32,000 nt of DNA from Promethearchaeota archaeon. GTDB taxonomy: Archaea; Asgardarchaeota; Lokiarchaeia; Sigyniarchaeales; Promethearchaeaceae. Where the stretch lies: positions 120,001-152,000 of the forward strand of contig JAFGBS010000009.1 in NCBI GenBank assembly GCA_016933055.1. The letters run 5' to 3'. Shown here one piece after another: positions 7,595-16,176 of the stretch (the first letter of the stretch is position 1; each line of letters opens with the position of its first letter). Under the pieces are notes generated by a model. That model saw only the letters and a program-made list of their open reading frames with translations. It ran no database searches and was not told where the DNA came from. The position numbers were made by a program, and so were the translations under genes.

Positions 7595-7712
7595 ATTGTT
7601 GAGGATTTCATTACTGGGTGTGTGCTGTGCACCACTCTACGTAACGATAGAACTATATATCCCATCAAGTTTAATAAGCTTAGCTATTAATAGCCTATAG
7701 TGGAGATAGGTA

Positions 7713-8312
7713 TTGATGAATCTTAAACATCGTGCTGAGGAAATATTAGCAATCCAACAAGATGCGATTGCAAACTTAAAAATTGATGAGTCATGGTCGA
7801 AATGCATTGAGTTTATTACATTAACTGCAAAGAAACATGAAAAAATTATCACGACGGGTATTGGAAAAGCAGGAATAATTGCCCAAAAAATGAGTGCAAC
7901 TCTTGCTAGTATTGGCGTTCCTTCATTTTATGTCCACCCAGCGGAGGCTTTGCATGGAGATATTGGACGGATCACTCCCAATGAACTTATAATTATCTTT
8001 TCTCATTCCGGAAATACAAAAGAAATTCATGACATGATTACAAATGTACATACATTAAATGATCGGAAAAATACAATCATTCTCATATCCGGTAATAATA
8101 AGCCAATAATTCCCCATACATTCGTTCTTTGCTATGGAGATATTCAAGAATCCTCTAGCGTAATGAAAGTACCATCCACATCCACTACGATTATGCTGAT
8201 AATTGCGGATGTGTTAGCAATCACAGCTGCAGAATCGTTGGGATTTAATGATGAATGGTTTAAGAAAAGGCATCCCGCAGGAGCCATCGGACAGTCTTAT
8301 AAGAATTCATGA
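7713..8312 (+). CDS. SIS-domain sugar-phosphate isomerase, KpsF/GutQ/KdsD (arabinose-5-phosphate isomerase) family, without CBS domains
   Basis: TGIGKAGIIAQKMSATLASIG, HPAEALHGDIG, FSHSGNT, VPSTSTT and HPAGAIG. Confidence 0.88.
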   Translation: MMNLKHRAEEILAIQQDAIANLKIDESWSKCIEFITLTAKKHEKIITTGIGKAGIIAQKMSATLASIGVPSFYVHPAEALHGDIGRITPNELIIIFSHSGNTKEIHDMITNVHTLNDRKNTIILISGNNKPIIPHTFVLCYGDIQESSSVMKVPSTSTTIMLIIADVLAITAAESLGFNDEWFKKRHPAGAIGQSYKNS

Positions 8313-8358
8313 AAGCTATTAGGGAAGTCTTTATTTTTTTTAATACTGATAAGACATC

Positions 8359-8907
8359 ATGCCAGTATATCAGTTTAAAGATAGAACCCCCGAAGTGGAT
8401 CCCTCAGCATGGATATTTCCCAATGCGGTTATTATTGGAAAAGTTCACATTGGGAAAAATGTGTACATTGGTGCCGGAGCTATAATTAGGGGGGATTACG
8501 GAGAAGTCTTCATTGGAGATGGAACTTCGATCGAAGAAAACGTGACTATTCACGCGCGACCTCAAGATAGGACTATTATTGAAAAACATGTCACTTTAGG
8601 TCATGGTTGCATTATCCACAATGCCACACTCCATGATTATGTGGTGGTAGGAATGGGAGCGATAGTTTCTGACTATTCGGATGTAGGAGAATATGCAATT
8701 GTGGGAGAAGGTGCTGTTGTAAAGAGTAAAACCGTGATACCTCCGAGAAAAATAGCCGTGGGTGTTCCTGCAACCGTGAAAATGGACGTTCCAAATCACA
8801 CTACCACATTTTGGGTAGAAATCAACAAAATCTATATGCAACTAGCAAAAGATTATAAAACAGAATTAAAACTTTTAGATGGCTATTATAACGAAAAAAT
8901 AAAATAA
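8359..8907 (+). CDS. Gamma-class carbonic anhydrase family / hexapeptide-repeat (PaaY/CaiE/YrdA-like) protein
   Basis: Left-handed beta-helix repeats, IRGDYG, metal-ligand His motifs VTIHA and GHGCIIHNA, and GVPA. Confidence 0.9.
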   Translation: MPVYQFKDRTPEVDPSAWIFPNAVIIGKVHIGKNVYIGAGAIIRGDYGEVFIGDGTSIEENVTIHARPQDRTIIEKHVTLGHGCIIHNATLHDYVVVGMGAIVSDYSDVGEYAIVGEGAVVKSKTVIPPRKIAVGVPATVKMDVPNHTTTFWVEINKIYMQLAKDYKTELKLLDGYYNEKIK

Positions 8908-8992
8908 ATAAAATTGAAGAAGGAATGATCCAGCGAAAACTTCCTGTCATAAATCAGATAAAATTGCTGAGACCATCCAGAATCTTGACTTT

Positions 8993-9307
8993 TTAACCAA
9001 ATAAAGCTCCGATTCCAGTGGGTTCCTCTTCTTCCTTCTTCTCTTCTTTCTTGTCTTTCTTTTTTTCTTCTTTGGGCTTTACTTCTTTACCGGAAGCAGC
9101 AGCAGGAGCAGCGGAGACCGCTACAGGAGCAGTTGCTACAGAAGAAATGATTTCATCAAGATTTTTTCCCTCGAGTCCGGCAACCAATGCTTTTACCTGA
9201 TTTTTATCAGCTTTAACACCAGCTGCATCCAAGATCTTCTCGATGTTAGTTTCATTGATCTTCTTGCTTGCGGAATGAAGGATTAATGCCGCATATACGG
9301 ATTCCAT
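8993..9307 (-). CDS. rpl12: Archaeal ribosomal stalk protein P1 (L12)
   Basis: MESVYAALILHSA, Ala-rich hinge, acidic tail ending GIGALFG. SD GGAG lies upstream. Confidence 0.97.
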   Translation of the reverse strand: MESVYAALILHSASKKINETNIEKILDAAGVKADKNQVKALVAGLEGKNLDEIISSVATAPVAVSAAPAAASGKEVKPKEEKKKDKKEEKKEEEEPTGIGALFG

Positions 9308-9374
9308 TTTAGTTTTCCTCCAATTTGTTTAGTTATGTTCTCTATATTACTTTTTAAAAAAATCATATTTTTAC

Positions 9375-10349
9375 TCACCCAAAAAGATCTCCAAGCCCTG
9401 CTGGCTCTTCCTTCTCTTTTTTTTCTTCTTTCTTTTCTTTGGGCGCTTTTTCTTCGGTGGGTGCTGGACCTTGTTCAGGTTCAGGCTCAATACCGTGTGC
9501 TATATTATTCACTTGTGAAGCAATTCTATAGGCTTTCGCTAGATATTGTGGGATCATACTTGGGATGAATAATCCAGGAATGTTCATCGCAAGTGCGTTC
9601 GCAGATTGTGCAGCTCGAGCAATAAGTGGGATTACGGTTGCTTTCGTAATCATTTTTAGTGCTAAAGCAACATTTAAGCCGTGCTGTGCACCAGATGCGA
9701 AATCATTAAGTATTTTTTCTTGATTCAGATGTAAAACTTCCCGTGGTAATATTTCTCCATTTTCCCACGCGCTGTAAAAATCCAAGCTAATTGTCATCGG
9801 TTCGACACCAAGTCTCTTAAGCAAAAGAGCTTGTTTAAGATCAATGGGATCTCCTTTCTCGTGGGTAACAGTATCCTCTCGAATGTTAATAGTACCATCT
9901 TTAATCATAGTAGGAAGTTTCAAAATACTGCTAAATTCGCTGATGATGGGTCCAGGAGGTATTCTTGTATCCCCCGCAGGTACAACTATATCTTCCGGGG
10001 CAATATCTCCTGCCTTTGCGGGGCCTTTAGTCGCATTGGATTCAAGAAACTGAGACAACTCGATTGGATTCATGTTTGTGAAAATTAATGCAGAGGATCC
10101 CTTGATTTCATCTGCTAATTTTTCCAAATTAGGTTTGTTACTATCGGATAATGCTCTTTTGATCAATCGTTTTTTGCTCATACGCATTACCACTTTTCCC
10201 CGCAAGGCTTTCCGGAGTTTGGTAATTGATCGAGCATCAATTTTTTCCATAGAAACTAAACCAATGACATCGTATTTCTGGATGTTTTCTTTGAGGTATA
10301 GAACTTCTTTTAGCTTCTTCGATGCAATTTTTCTATCTGACATCGCCAT
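9375..10349 (-). CDS. rpl10: Ribosomal protein P0 (uL10)
   Basis: AKAGDIAPEDIVVPAGDTRIPPGP, LLKRLGVEP and a C-terminus ending GLGDLFG. Confidence 0.97.
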   Translation of the reverse strand: MAMSDRKIASKKLKEVLYLKENIQKYDVIGLVSMEKIDARSITKLRKALRGKVVMRMSKKRLIKRALSDSNKPNLEKLADEIKGSSALIFTNMNPIELSQFLESNATKGPAKAGDIAPEDIVVPAGDTRIPPGPIISEFSSILKLPTMIKDGTINIREDTVTHEKGDPIDLKQALLLKRLGVEPMTISLDFYSAWENGEILPREVLHLNQEKILNDFASGAQHGLNVALALKMITKATVIPLIARAAQSANALAMNIPGLFIPSMIPQYLAKAYRIASQVNNIAHGIEPEPEQGPAPTEEKAPKEKKEEKKEKEEPAGLGDLFG

Positions 10350-11089
10350 TATCGTCTACCTCCTCTCTTGGTTTTTTTGAGTTCTCCTTCCTTCACTTTC
10401 ACAGGTTGACCCATAGTGCTCTTAAGGATTATCGATTTAATATTCCCATGTCCATTAGGTAATTGACCTTCGAGAAATTTCAGAAGTGCATCTAAATTCT
10501 CATAATTTTTCTTAAAATCTAAGGATTTTTTACCGAATTTGGTTTGGATTATTGGGGCACGTTTGGTTTGAACTACAATTCTGCGCATGAAGTTTGATGA
10601 AACTCTTTCAACTGAATCATTTGGATTTATAATACCATATCCTTTGGGCATCGGTTTGGGCATCTTACCTGTTTGTCCAAGATTTCTTCCCAATACTCGT
10701 GCTACATCACGCATCATATCAGCGCGGGCAATAAATGAATCGTATTTATTCACAAACTTCTTTTTTGCTTTTGCATCTTGCTTATTCAAGTCATTGAGTC
10801 GATCGGGATCGCAAACTTCAAATCCCAGTTCTTTTGCTTCAACAAGTTGGTCTTCACGGGAAAAGAAACACAATTTATGGCTTTCTGGAGTCTGAATCTG
10901 ATGCGGTAAGAGGAATTCAGAATTTACACGATTATTCGGGTTCTTTATATCTATGTCTCGTAAATTAATGATGATGTCCAAAGTTTCGTCGAATTTTCTC
11001 ACTTTATCTGGTTTTCCTTCCTTTGTCCATATGGAATTTTCGATAGATTTTGTTAATGCATCGCGAAGGTTTTTTTCTGTGATTATCAT
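10349..11089 (-). CDS. rpl1: Ribosomal protein uL1; probable start ATG 11089
   Basis: RKFDETLDIIINLRDID, LGQTGKMPKP and LKSTMGQPVKV. SD GGAGTG overlaps the rpl11 stop, and its own stop overlaps the P0 ATG (TAATG). Confidence 0.95.
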   Translation of the reverse strand: MIITEKNLRDALTKSIENSIWTKEGKPDKVRKFDETLDIIINLRDIDIKNPNNRVNSEFLLPHQIQTPESHKLCFFSREDQLVEAKELGFEVCDPDRLNDLNKQDAKAKKKFVNKYDSFIARADMMRDVARVLGRNLGQTGKMPKPMPKGYGIINPNDSVERVSSNFMRRIVVQTKRAPIIQTKFGKKSLDFKKNYENLDALLKFLEGQLPNGHGNIKSIILKSTMGQPVKVKEGELKKTKRGGRR

Positions 11090-11094
11090 GGAAT

Positions 11095-11580
11095 TCACTC
11101 CTTAACAGTAATCTCTCCTGATTTGATCTTATCTGCCACATCTTTTGGGTCCATTCCATCTACTGTTAGTCCACAAGACTGAGCGGTTCCCAAGACAGTT
11201 CGAACGGTATCTTTGAAATCTATTGCAGTAATGTCATCTCTCTTCATTTTTGCGATTTTGATGACCTGATCCATAGTCATATCTGCTACTTTTTTTTCAT
11301 TAGGTTCTCCAGATCCTTTGTCCAATCCCGCTTCTCGGAATAAAAGTGCACTGGTCATGGGAGTTCGAACTTTAATTTCATATGAACGGTCTTCAGGGTT
11401 TACAATAATAGTGACTGGCACCTTTATACCCTTGAAACCTTCTGTCTTATCATTTATCTCCTTGATAACCGCTCCGATATTCACACCTGTTGGTCCTAAT
11501 GAAGGTCCAATTGGAGGTCCGGCTGAGGCTTTCCCTCCATCAACTAACGCATCCACCGTGATCGAAGTTTTCTTTGCCAA
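11095..11580 (-). CDS. rpl11: Ribosomal protein uL11; probable start TTG 11580
   Basis: VDGGKASAGPPIGPSLGPTGVN and VLGTAQSCGLTVDG. SD GGAGA lies upstream of the TTG. Confidence 0.96.
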   Translation of the reverse strand: MAKKTSITVDALVDGGKASAGPPIGPSLGPTGVNIGAVIKEINDKTEGFKGIKVPVTIIVNPEDRSYEIKVRTPMTSALLFREAGLDKGSGEPNEKKVADMTMDQVIKIAKMKRDDITAIDFKDTVRTVLGTAQSCGLTVDGMDPKDVADKIKSGEITVKE

Positions 11581-12305
11581 CTTATTTCGTCTCCAAAGTT
11601 GAATGTGCAACTTAACGGAAGGAGGAAAAACACGTTAATATTTTATGATTTAGCCTATTGGGGACAAAATCATAATGTTTACTAATTGTAGATTCCTATT
11701 CGATTTACATATTATCTGATGTACCGTTCAATCGAATCCGCTAAGTAGCTACTAATCCGCTAGAATTAGGGATTAGTGATCCAACGGTATTAAGGGTTTA
11801 ATTAAAATTTTTCGGAATACTTGCGATGGATAACCTACTAAGAAACGATACCTATTGACATCTTTTGTTTGTTGATGGAGGGATTTTGAATGATATAAAT
11901 ATCCGAGAGATGAGATAGAAAAACCATCCATAATATTTTTGACCTCACGATTTGGGAGAATACACCACGTTGGTCTTAAGCCAGTCATTGCATGATCAAT
12001 GAATTAAAGCAAAAATTAGAACAAATCTGAATTATACTGAACACACCATCGTATTTTAACACATTTTGGAATAATCAGATAATTGATTAGGTTCATGAAA
12101 TGTTCCAACATTCTGAGATTCCATTACCGAAAAAAAAATCCTTCCATATATTTAAAGAAGTTTCCTACTTGTTCTTTCCCTAAATTTGCAAACGGATTTT
12201 AAAAAAACTAGCATCTAATATTGTCCATGCTCTCAAACCATTTTAGAAATTATCGAAAAAATAACTAAACCTACTTAAATCTAATATAAATTATAATAAA
12301 AAAAA

Positions 12306-12770
12306 TCAGTTTTTCTTCAATTCCTTTGCTTTTCTCACCAATTCCGAGCTAGATTGTGCTTTATCTCCTCCGGCACCTGTAATTATTTCACACCCCACCC
12401 TCTCACATGTATCCCATTCGGGGATATTTTCTTTAGCATTCCTATCTCCCCCTTTTATGAAATAAGTAGGTCGTAAAATTTCGATCATTTCATCCACAGT
12501 ATCATCTTCTGAGTTAAAGATAACCGTGTAATCTACTCCTTTGATATTATCTACAATATATGCTCGTTCATCTGCACTCATGAATTTATATCCTTTTTTA
12601 CGTATAAGGAAAGAATCTCCATTGACCACTGCGACTAAGCAATGTGTTATTTTTGAAGCAGCACGAATATAGGCAACATGTCCCTTGTGAATCGGGTCAA
12701 ATCCTCCTGATATCATTCCAAAGTCTTTTTTTCTAAGCTGTTTTTTTAATTCATCTACATCCACGATCAT
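12306..12770 (-). CDS. Cytidylyltransferase-family (HxGH) nucleotidyltransferase (TagD/RfaE-II/RibL-like)
   Basis: SGGFDPIHKGH, ERAYIV, KGGDR and SSSELV. Confidence 0.88.
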   Translation of the reverse strand: MIVDVDELKKQLRKKDFGMISGGFDPIHKGHVAYIRAASKITHCLVAVVNGDSFLIRKKGYKFMSADERAYIVDNIKGVDYTVIFNSEDDTVDEMIEILRPTYFIKGGDRNAKENIPEWDTCERVGCEIITGAGGDKAQSSSELVRKAKELKKN

Positions 12771-12853
12771 AATAGAATCATTGTTCCACGTACTAAAAAG
12801 ATGATTTATTGGATGAGCATTAATTTTTACCTTCTACCTATTCCACATTCAAT

Positions 12854-13039
12854 TTACGAAGTTTTAGGCGGTGGAGGTGGTTGGGGATTTCCTTCACAAC
12901 TATGATTTTCTGGAAGTCGATGCTTACGACAAAACTTCTTACCACAATATTGACACGTATGGGGTAAGAATGTTAACACTTTATTACAATAACTACAACG
13001 ACCTAATTTGCTATTTTTAATATTTTTATCGTCTATCAT
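12854..13039 (-). CDS. Stand-alone AN1-type zinc-finger protein
   Basis: C-x2-C...C-x2-C-x4-C-x2-H-x5-H-x-C pattern ([25 protein letters not shown]) followed by a poly-Pro tail. Confidence 0.85.
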   Translation of the reverse strand: MIDDKNIKNSKLGRCSYCNKVLTFLPHTCQYCGKKFCRKHRLPENHSCEGNPQPPPPPKTS

Positions 13040-13041
13040 TT

Positions 13042-13548
13042 TTACTCAAGTATATTGTTTCTTTTAAGGGAATTATCTAGAATTTCGATTTTTTCCGTGT
13101 ATGGATTAATTTTTTCTTCTTTGATCTCTTCCTCGAGTTGTTTAATATATTCTCGTTGGGAAAGAAATTCTTGAGTTAACGTATCTATAACTTCATCAAT
13201 TAACTGTTGATCAGCTTTATTTGTATTGAAATATTTACTCTTAAAATTTTGTAATTCCTTGATATATTTACGGAAAATTCGATCCTTCTGGAGATTTTGT
13301 TTATACGTGTATGTATTGAAATAATATTTTAAAACTTCACATAGTTTTTTTATACAAATATTGAGAATACGTTGTTGAACTTGATTTACTTTAATATCTA
13401 TTTTCTTAATTTGATTCAATAAGCTTGTCAATTCTTCAATTTTCTCATCATATTCTGCTTGACTATGTGAATGGACAAATGTTGGCTTCTTTTTGATTTT
13501 AATTTTGCCCATTTTTTCTAATTGACTTAATTTATAATTCTTTCTCAT
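13042..13548 (-). CDS. Hypothetical Lys/Glu-rich helical protein
   Basis: 168-aa ORF with SD AAGGAGG. Its stop lies 2 nt before the AN1 ATG. Confidence 0.7.
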   Translation of the reverse strand: MRKNYKLSQLEKMGKIKIKKKPTFVHSHSQAEYDEKIEELTSLLNQIKKIDIKVNQVQQRILNICIKKLCEVLKYYFNTYTYKQNLQKDRIFRKYIKELQNFKSKYFNTNKADQQLIDEVIDTLTQEFLSQREYIKQLEEEIKEEKINPYTEKIEILDNSLKRNNILE

Positions 13549-13611
13549 CTTTTAGCCTCCTTTCTATAATTGAAAATTTTAAAACATAATTCTGTTTTTA
13601 TCAACTTCTTT

Positions 13612-14058
13612 TTATGCTTCTAAAATTACTTTTAAGGAGAACAAATTGTTATTTATGGCCTTTCGAACCATTTTGTTTATTACAAACTTGGGAATTACTT
13701 TAATTTTTGGACCTAATAAACTAAGTACCCCTTCTTCATCCACATCAGCATTTAAAATTAAATTTGTTGTTCCCCGAAATGGAACTAATTTATATTTGTA
13801 AAGAAAAGGTGTAGGTCCTGATACAGTTTCAATTTGAATAGTATTTTCATCTTCATTATCAGAGATTTTTACAATATTTTCTACGATTTTATCAGGTAAT
13901 TTTCTTATCATTTGGTACTCGTTATCTTTACCATCAAAATTTAAATGTGAAACTTCCTTAACAGCACTGTTCCATTTAACCAATTTGTTTCCATCTTTAA
14001 TATAACTAAAAACCTTCTCAATCGGACTATTTATTTTAACTTCTGTTCTAAATTTCAT
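13612..14058 (-). CDS. SRPBCC (START/polyketide cyclase-like) family protein
   Basis: N-terminal EVKINSPIEKVFSYI..N..KWN pattern and a C-terminal helix ending LKVILEA. Confidence 0.8.
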   Translation of the reverse strand: MKFRTEVKINSPIEKVFSYIKDGNKLVKWNSAVKEVSHLNFDGKDNEYQMIRKLPDKIVENIVKISDNEDENTIQIETVSGPTPFLYKYKLVPFRGTTNLILNADVDEEGVLSLLGPKIKVIPKFVINKMVRKAINNNLFSLKVILEA

Positions 14059-14083
14059 TTTTTCAACCTATAAAAAAAAATAA

Positions 14084-14596
14084 TTATTTAATATCGATTT
14101 TTGTGGATTCTTCCACCGTTGGTTCTTTTTTCGGAAGAACCAAGTGCATTACTCCATTTTTTAGAGTCGCTTCGATGCTGTTTCTATTGACATTATCCGG
14201 TAAAGGGATCTTACGATAAAATACAGTTTTACCTCGTTCTTTACGGATGTAATTTTTCTCTTCTTCTTCTTTTTCTTCCGTATGTTTTGCTATGATTTCT
14301 ACCATATCCTTTTTGAGGTTAATATCAATATCCTCCTTATTCAATCCAGGCATCTCTGCAGTTATTTCGTATTTGTTATCATCCTCGGAGATGTCCATTG
14401 CTGGAATACGCGTAGTAGGCATATCAATCAAGCGATAGGGTTTATAGAAGAAGTCATCAAAACTACTTCGAAATCCACTAAACCATCGATCTAACTCTGT
14501 CATCCATTCAAATGGACGAAAAACTGTAGGGGTAATAGCTTCTTTATGTATGGATAAGTCGTCTTTCTCGTGTTTTTCAACGTTTTCTTTCCTCAT
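14084..14596 (-). CDS. hsp20: Small heat-shock protein (Hsp20/alpha-crystallin family); probable start ATG 14596
   Basis: PAMDISEDDNKYEITAEMPGLNKEDI, YIRKERG..FYRKIPLP and ATLKNGVMHLVLPK, with C-terminal IDI (IXI motif). SD GGAGG precedes ATG 14596. Confidence 0.95.
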   Translation of the reverse strand: MRKENVEKHEKDDLSIHKEAITPTVFRPFEWMTELDRWFSGFRSSFDDFFYKPYRLIDMPTTRIPAMDISEDDNKYEITAEMPGLNKEDIDINLKKDMVEIIAKHTEEKEEEEKNYIRKERGKTVFYRKIPLPDNVNRNSIEATLKNGVMHLVLPKKEPTVEESTKIDIK

Positions 14597-14632
14597 CAAA
14601 TAACCTCCTATGTTATTCATTATCGCTACAGT

Positions 14633-14664
14633 ATATATGGGCAGTTTTAACCTCTAAACTGTCC
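14633..14664. promoter_or_regulatory. hsp20 promoter: TATA box plus abutting inverted repeat (operator candidate)
   Basis: TATATA on the minus strand at 14638-14633, immediately next to CAGTTT-N8-AAACTG (14642-14661). Confidence 0.45.
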
Positions 14665-14700
14665 TGAAAGGGTTCTTTTTCATTTTTAGAAATGTTTTCA

Positions 14701-15174
14701 TTATTTAACTATCATTACGTCACATTTTGCTTCATATAGCACTTTTTCTGCAACAGAACCAATCAATCTTTCTAATATATTATGATCTCCTTTTTGGCCC
14801 ATCATAATTAAATCAAAATTCTCTTTTTCAGCAACAGTAATTGCATAATCTTCAGGTTTTAATTCTGTTATTAACCTGGTTTCGACTTTTGGTTCATCTG
14901 TACCCACAATTTTGGCAGCTTTTTCCAGTATTTTTTTTCCTCTATCGATATATTCTTGTCGTAATTTATTATAATCAACCTGAGGTATTCTATATACACT
15001 TGCCGGACCAAATGGTGGGCGTGGTAATGTAAGTGATTTAGGTATCATTTTGTGCTCAATTGAATGAAACACAACCAATTCACTACCTAAATTCTTCTGT
15101 AATTCACGAGCTCGCCTTAACATTTTTTCAGCGTGCTCTGAATCATCAATACCAACTAAAATTTTATTAATCAA
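14701..15174 (-). CDS. Universal stress protein (USP)
   Basis: KILVGIDDSEHA, DLIMMGQKG..LIGSVAEKVLYEAKCDVMIVK (G-2x-G-9x-GS-like ATP-binding motif). TTG start with GGAGG upstream. Confidence 0.93.
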   Translation of the reverse strand: MINKILVGIDDSEHAEKMLRRARELQKNLGSELVVFHSIEHKMIPKSLTLPRPPFGPASVYRIPQVDYNKLRQEYIDRGKKILEKAAKIVGTDEPKVETRLITELKPEDYAITVAEKENFDLIMMGQKGDHNILERLIGSVAEKVLYEAKCDVMIVK

Positions 15175-15203
15175 GGTCTATCAAACCTCCTTATAACCTT
15201 GTC

Positions 15204-15230
15204 GTGTTGACTGTATACAGTTTACAACAC
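15204..15230. promoter_or_regulatory. Palindromic operator candidate in the usp / regulator divergent promoter
   Basis: GTGTTG-ACTGTATACAGT-TTA-CAACAC: a perfect 12-bp palindrome (15210-15221) nested inside a 6-bp inverted repeat. Confidence 0.55.
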
Positions 15231-15288
15231 TCTATTGTATACTAATGATTGGTAACTTATAAATGTTATCTCAACTTATTTGTATTGT

Positions 15289-16002
15289 ATGATGACATCT
15301 CCAGAGAGTCCGAATCTAAAAGACATCTTAAAGGCATTAGGAAGCACACTAAGAACAAAAATACTATCAGAATTAGCAACTGGTGATAAGTATGTCCTCC
15401 AATTAGTACGAACCTTAGGGAAAACTCAACAAGACATTCATCGAAATCTAAATTATTTGGAAAAACTGGGCTTAGTTAGTTCTTATACTCTTTCTTATCG
15501 TGATTATAAAACTACCTCGACCAAACCGTCTAAAGGACGGAGATACTTCCGAATTAATCATTCTTTTATACTCCAAATTAATCTTTCTCCCGCTTTCTTT
15601 AATTTATATTTTAAATCAATACCGATTGAGCAATTCCAGTTTCAAAACATTGAAAATCATATGAAAACCATTGATATACAAAATCTCCAGACAAAATCTA
15701 TATCGGAACTTTCTCGAGAGATACGCTCAGAAAATGAAAGATTAGAGAGATTACAGGAAAAACAAGAGGGAATTTTCGTCAAACAAACTCAATTGCAAAA
15801 TCAGATCATAAACCAAATCAATCAATTTGATCTTGTTCCATTAGAATCAGTGATATTGACAAAACTAATCGGAAAACAATCTATTTCAATTGAAGATCTA
15901 GCATTTGAATTAAATTTGCATCCAAATAGCTGCCGTAGTATCCTCGAATCTCTAAGTGATCATATTCCACTAAAACATACAAATAATCACTGGTCTTTGT
16001 AA
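15289..16002 (+). CDS. ArsR-like winged-helix transcriptional regulator, Phr/HSR1 heat-shock-regulator type; probable start ATG 15289
   Basis: N-terminal wHTH (ILKALGSTLRTKILSEL..YVLQLVRTLGKTQQDIHRNLNYLEKLGLVSS..RRYFRI), then LQINLSPAFF, a coiled coil and a C-terminal HTH. TTATAAAT at 15257-15264 lies about 25 nt upstream of the ATG, suggesting a leaderless transcript. Confidence 0.8.
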   Translation: MMTSPESPNLKDILKALGSTLRTKILSELATGDKYVLQLVRTLGKTQQDIHRNLNYLEKLGLVSSYTLSYRDYKTTSTKPSKGRRYFRINHSFILQINLSPAFFNLYFKSIPIEQFQFQNIENHMKTIDIQNLQTKSISELSREIRSENERLERLQEKQEGIFVKQTQLQNQIINQINQFDLVPLESVILTKLIGKQSISIEDLAFELNLHPNSCRSILESLSDHIPLKHTNNHWSL

Positions 16003-16176
16003 TTAATCTAATCGTCTGATGGTATCATATCCCACATTAAAATAATCAATTGGACTTATGCATTTTCAAACAAGGTGTGAAACAATAGTATTCCTACTCT
16101 TCTTTACGCTATAAATTATATAGTCTTTTATTCTCGAAAAAAAGCGAAGTGGATTAATTCATATTAACTTTTTGTT

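Noticed and set aside
7435-7668. 77-aa minus-strand ORF
   Set aside because: It runs through the tRNA-Sec gene and has no protein-like features.
9020-9460. Low-complexity TTC/TTT repeats
   Set aside because: They encode the Lys/Glu-rich tails of P1 and P0, which are normal for ribosomal stalk proteins.
11040-11680. uL1 autoregulatory mRNA site for the stalk operon
   Set aside because: I could not identify the uL1-binding consensus by eye, and the hairpin at 11644-11674 appears to lie upstream of the probable TATA box.
11773-11988. 71-aa minus-strand ORF in the long intergenic gap
   Set aside because: No recognisable motif or RBS; it cannot be supported without homology data.
8310-12308. 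Selenoprotein readthrough at TGA-terminated genes (kpsF-like 8310-8312, rpl11 11097-11095, cytidylyltransferase 12308-12306)
   Set aside because: The proteins are already complete at the TGA, the TGA is not at a Cys-equivalent position, and where I checked the frame closes shortly afterwards. I saw no convincing SECIS.
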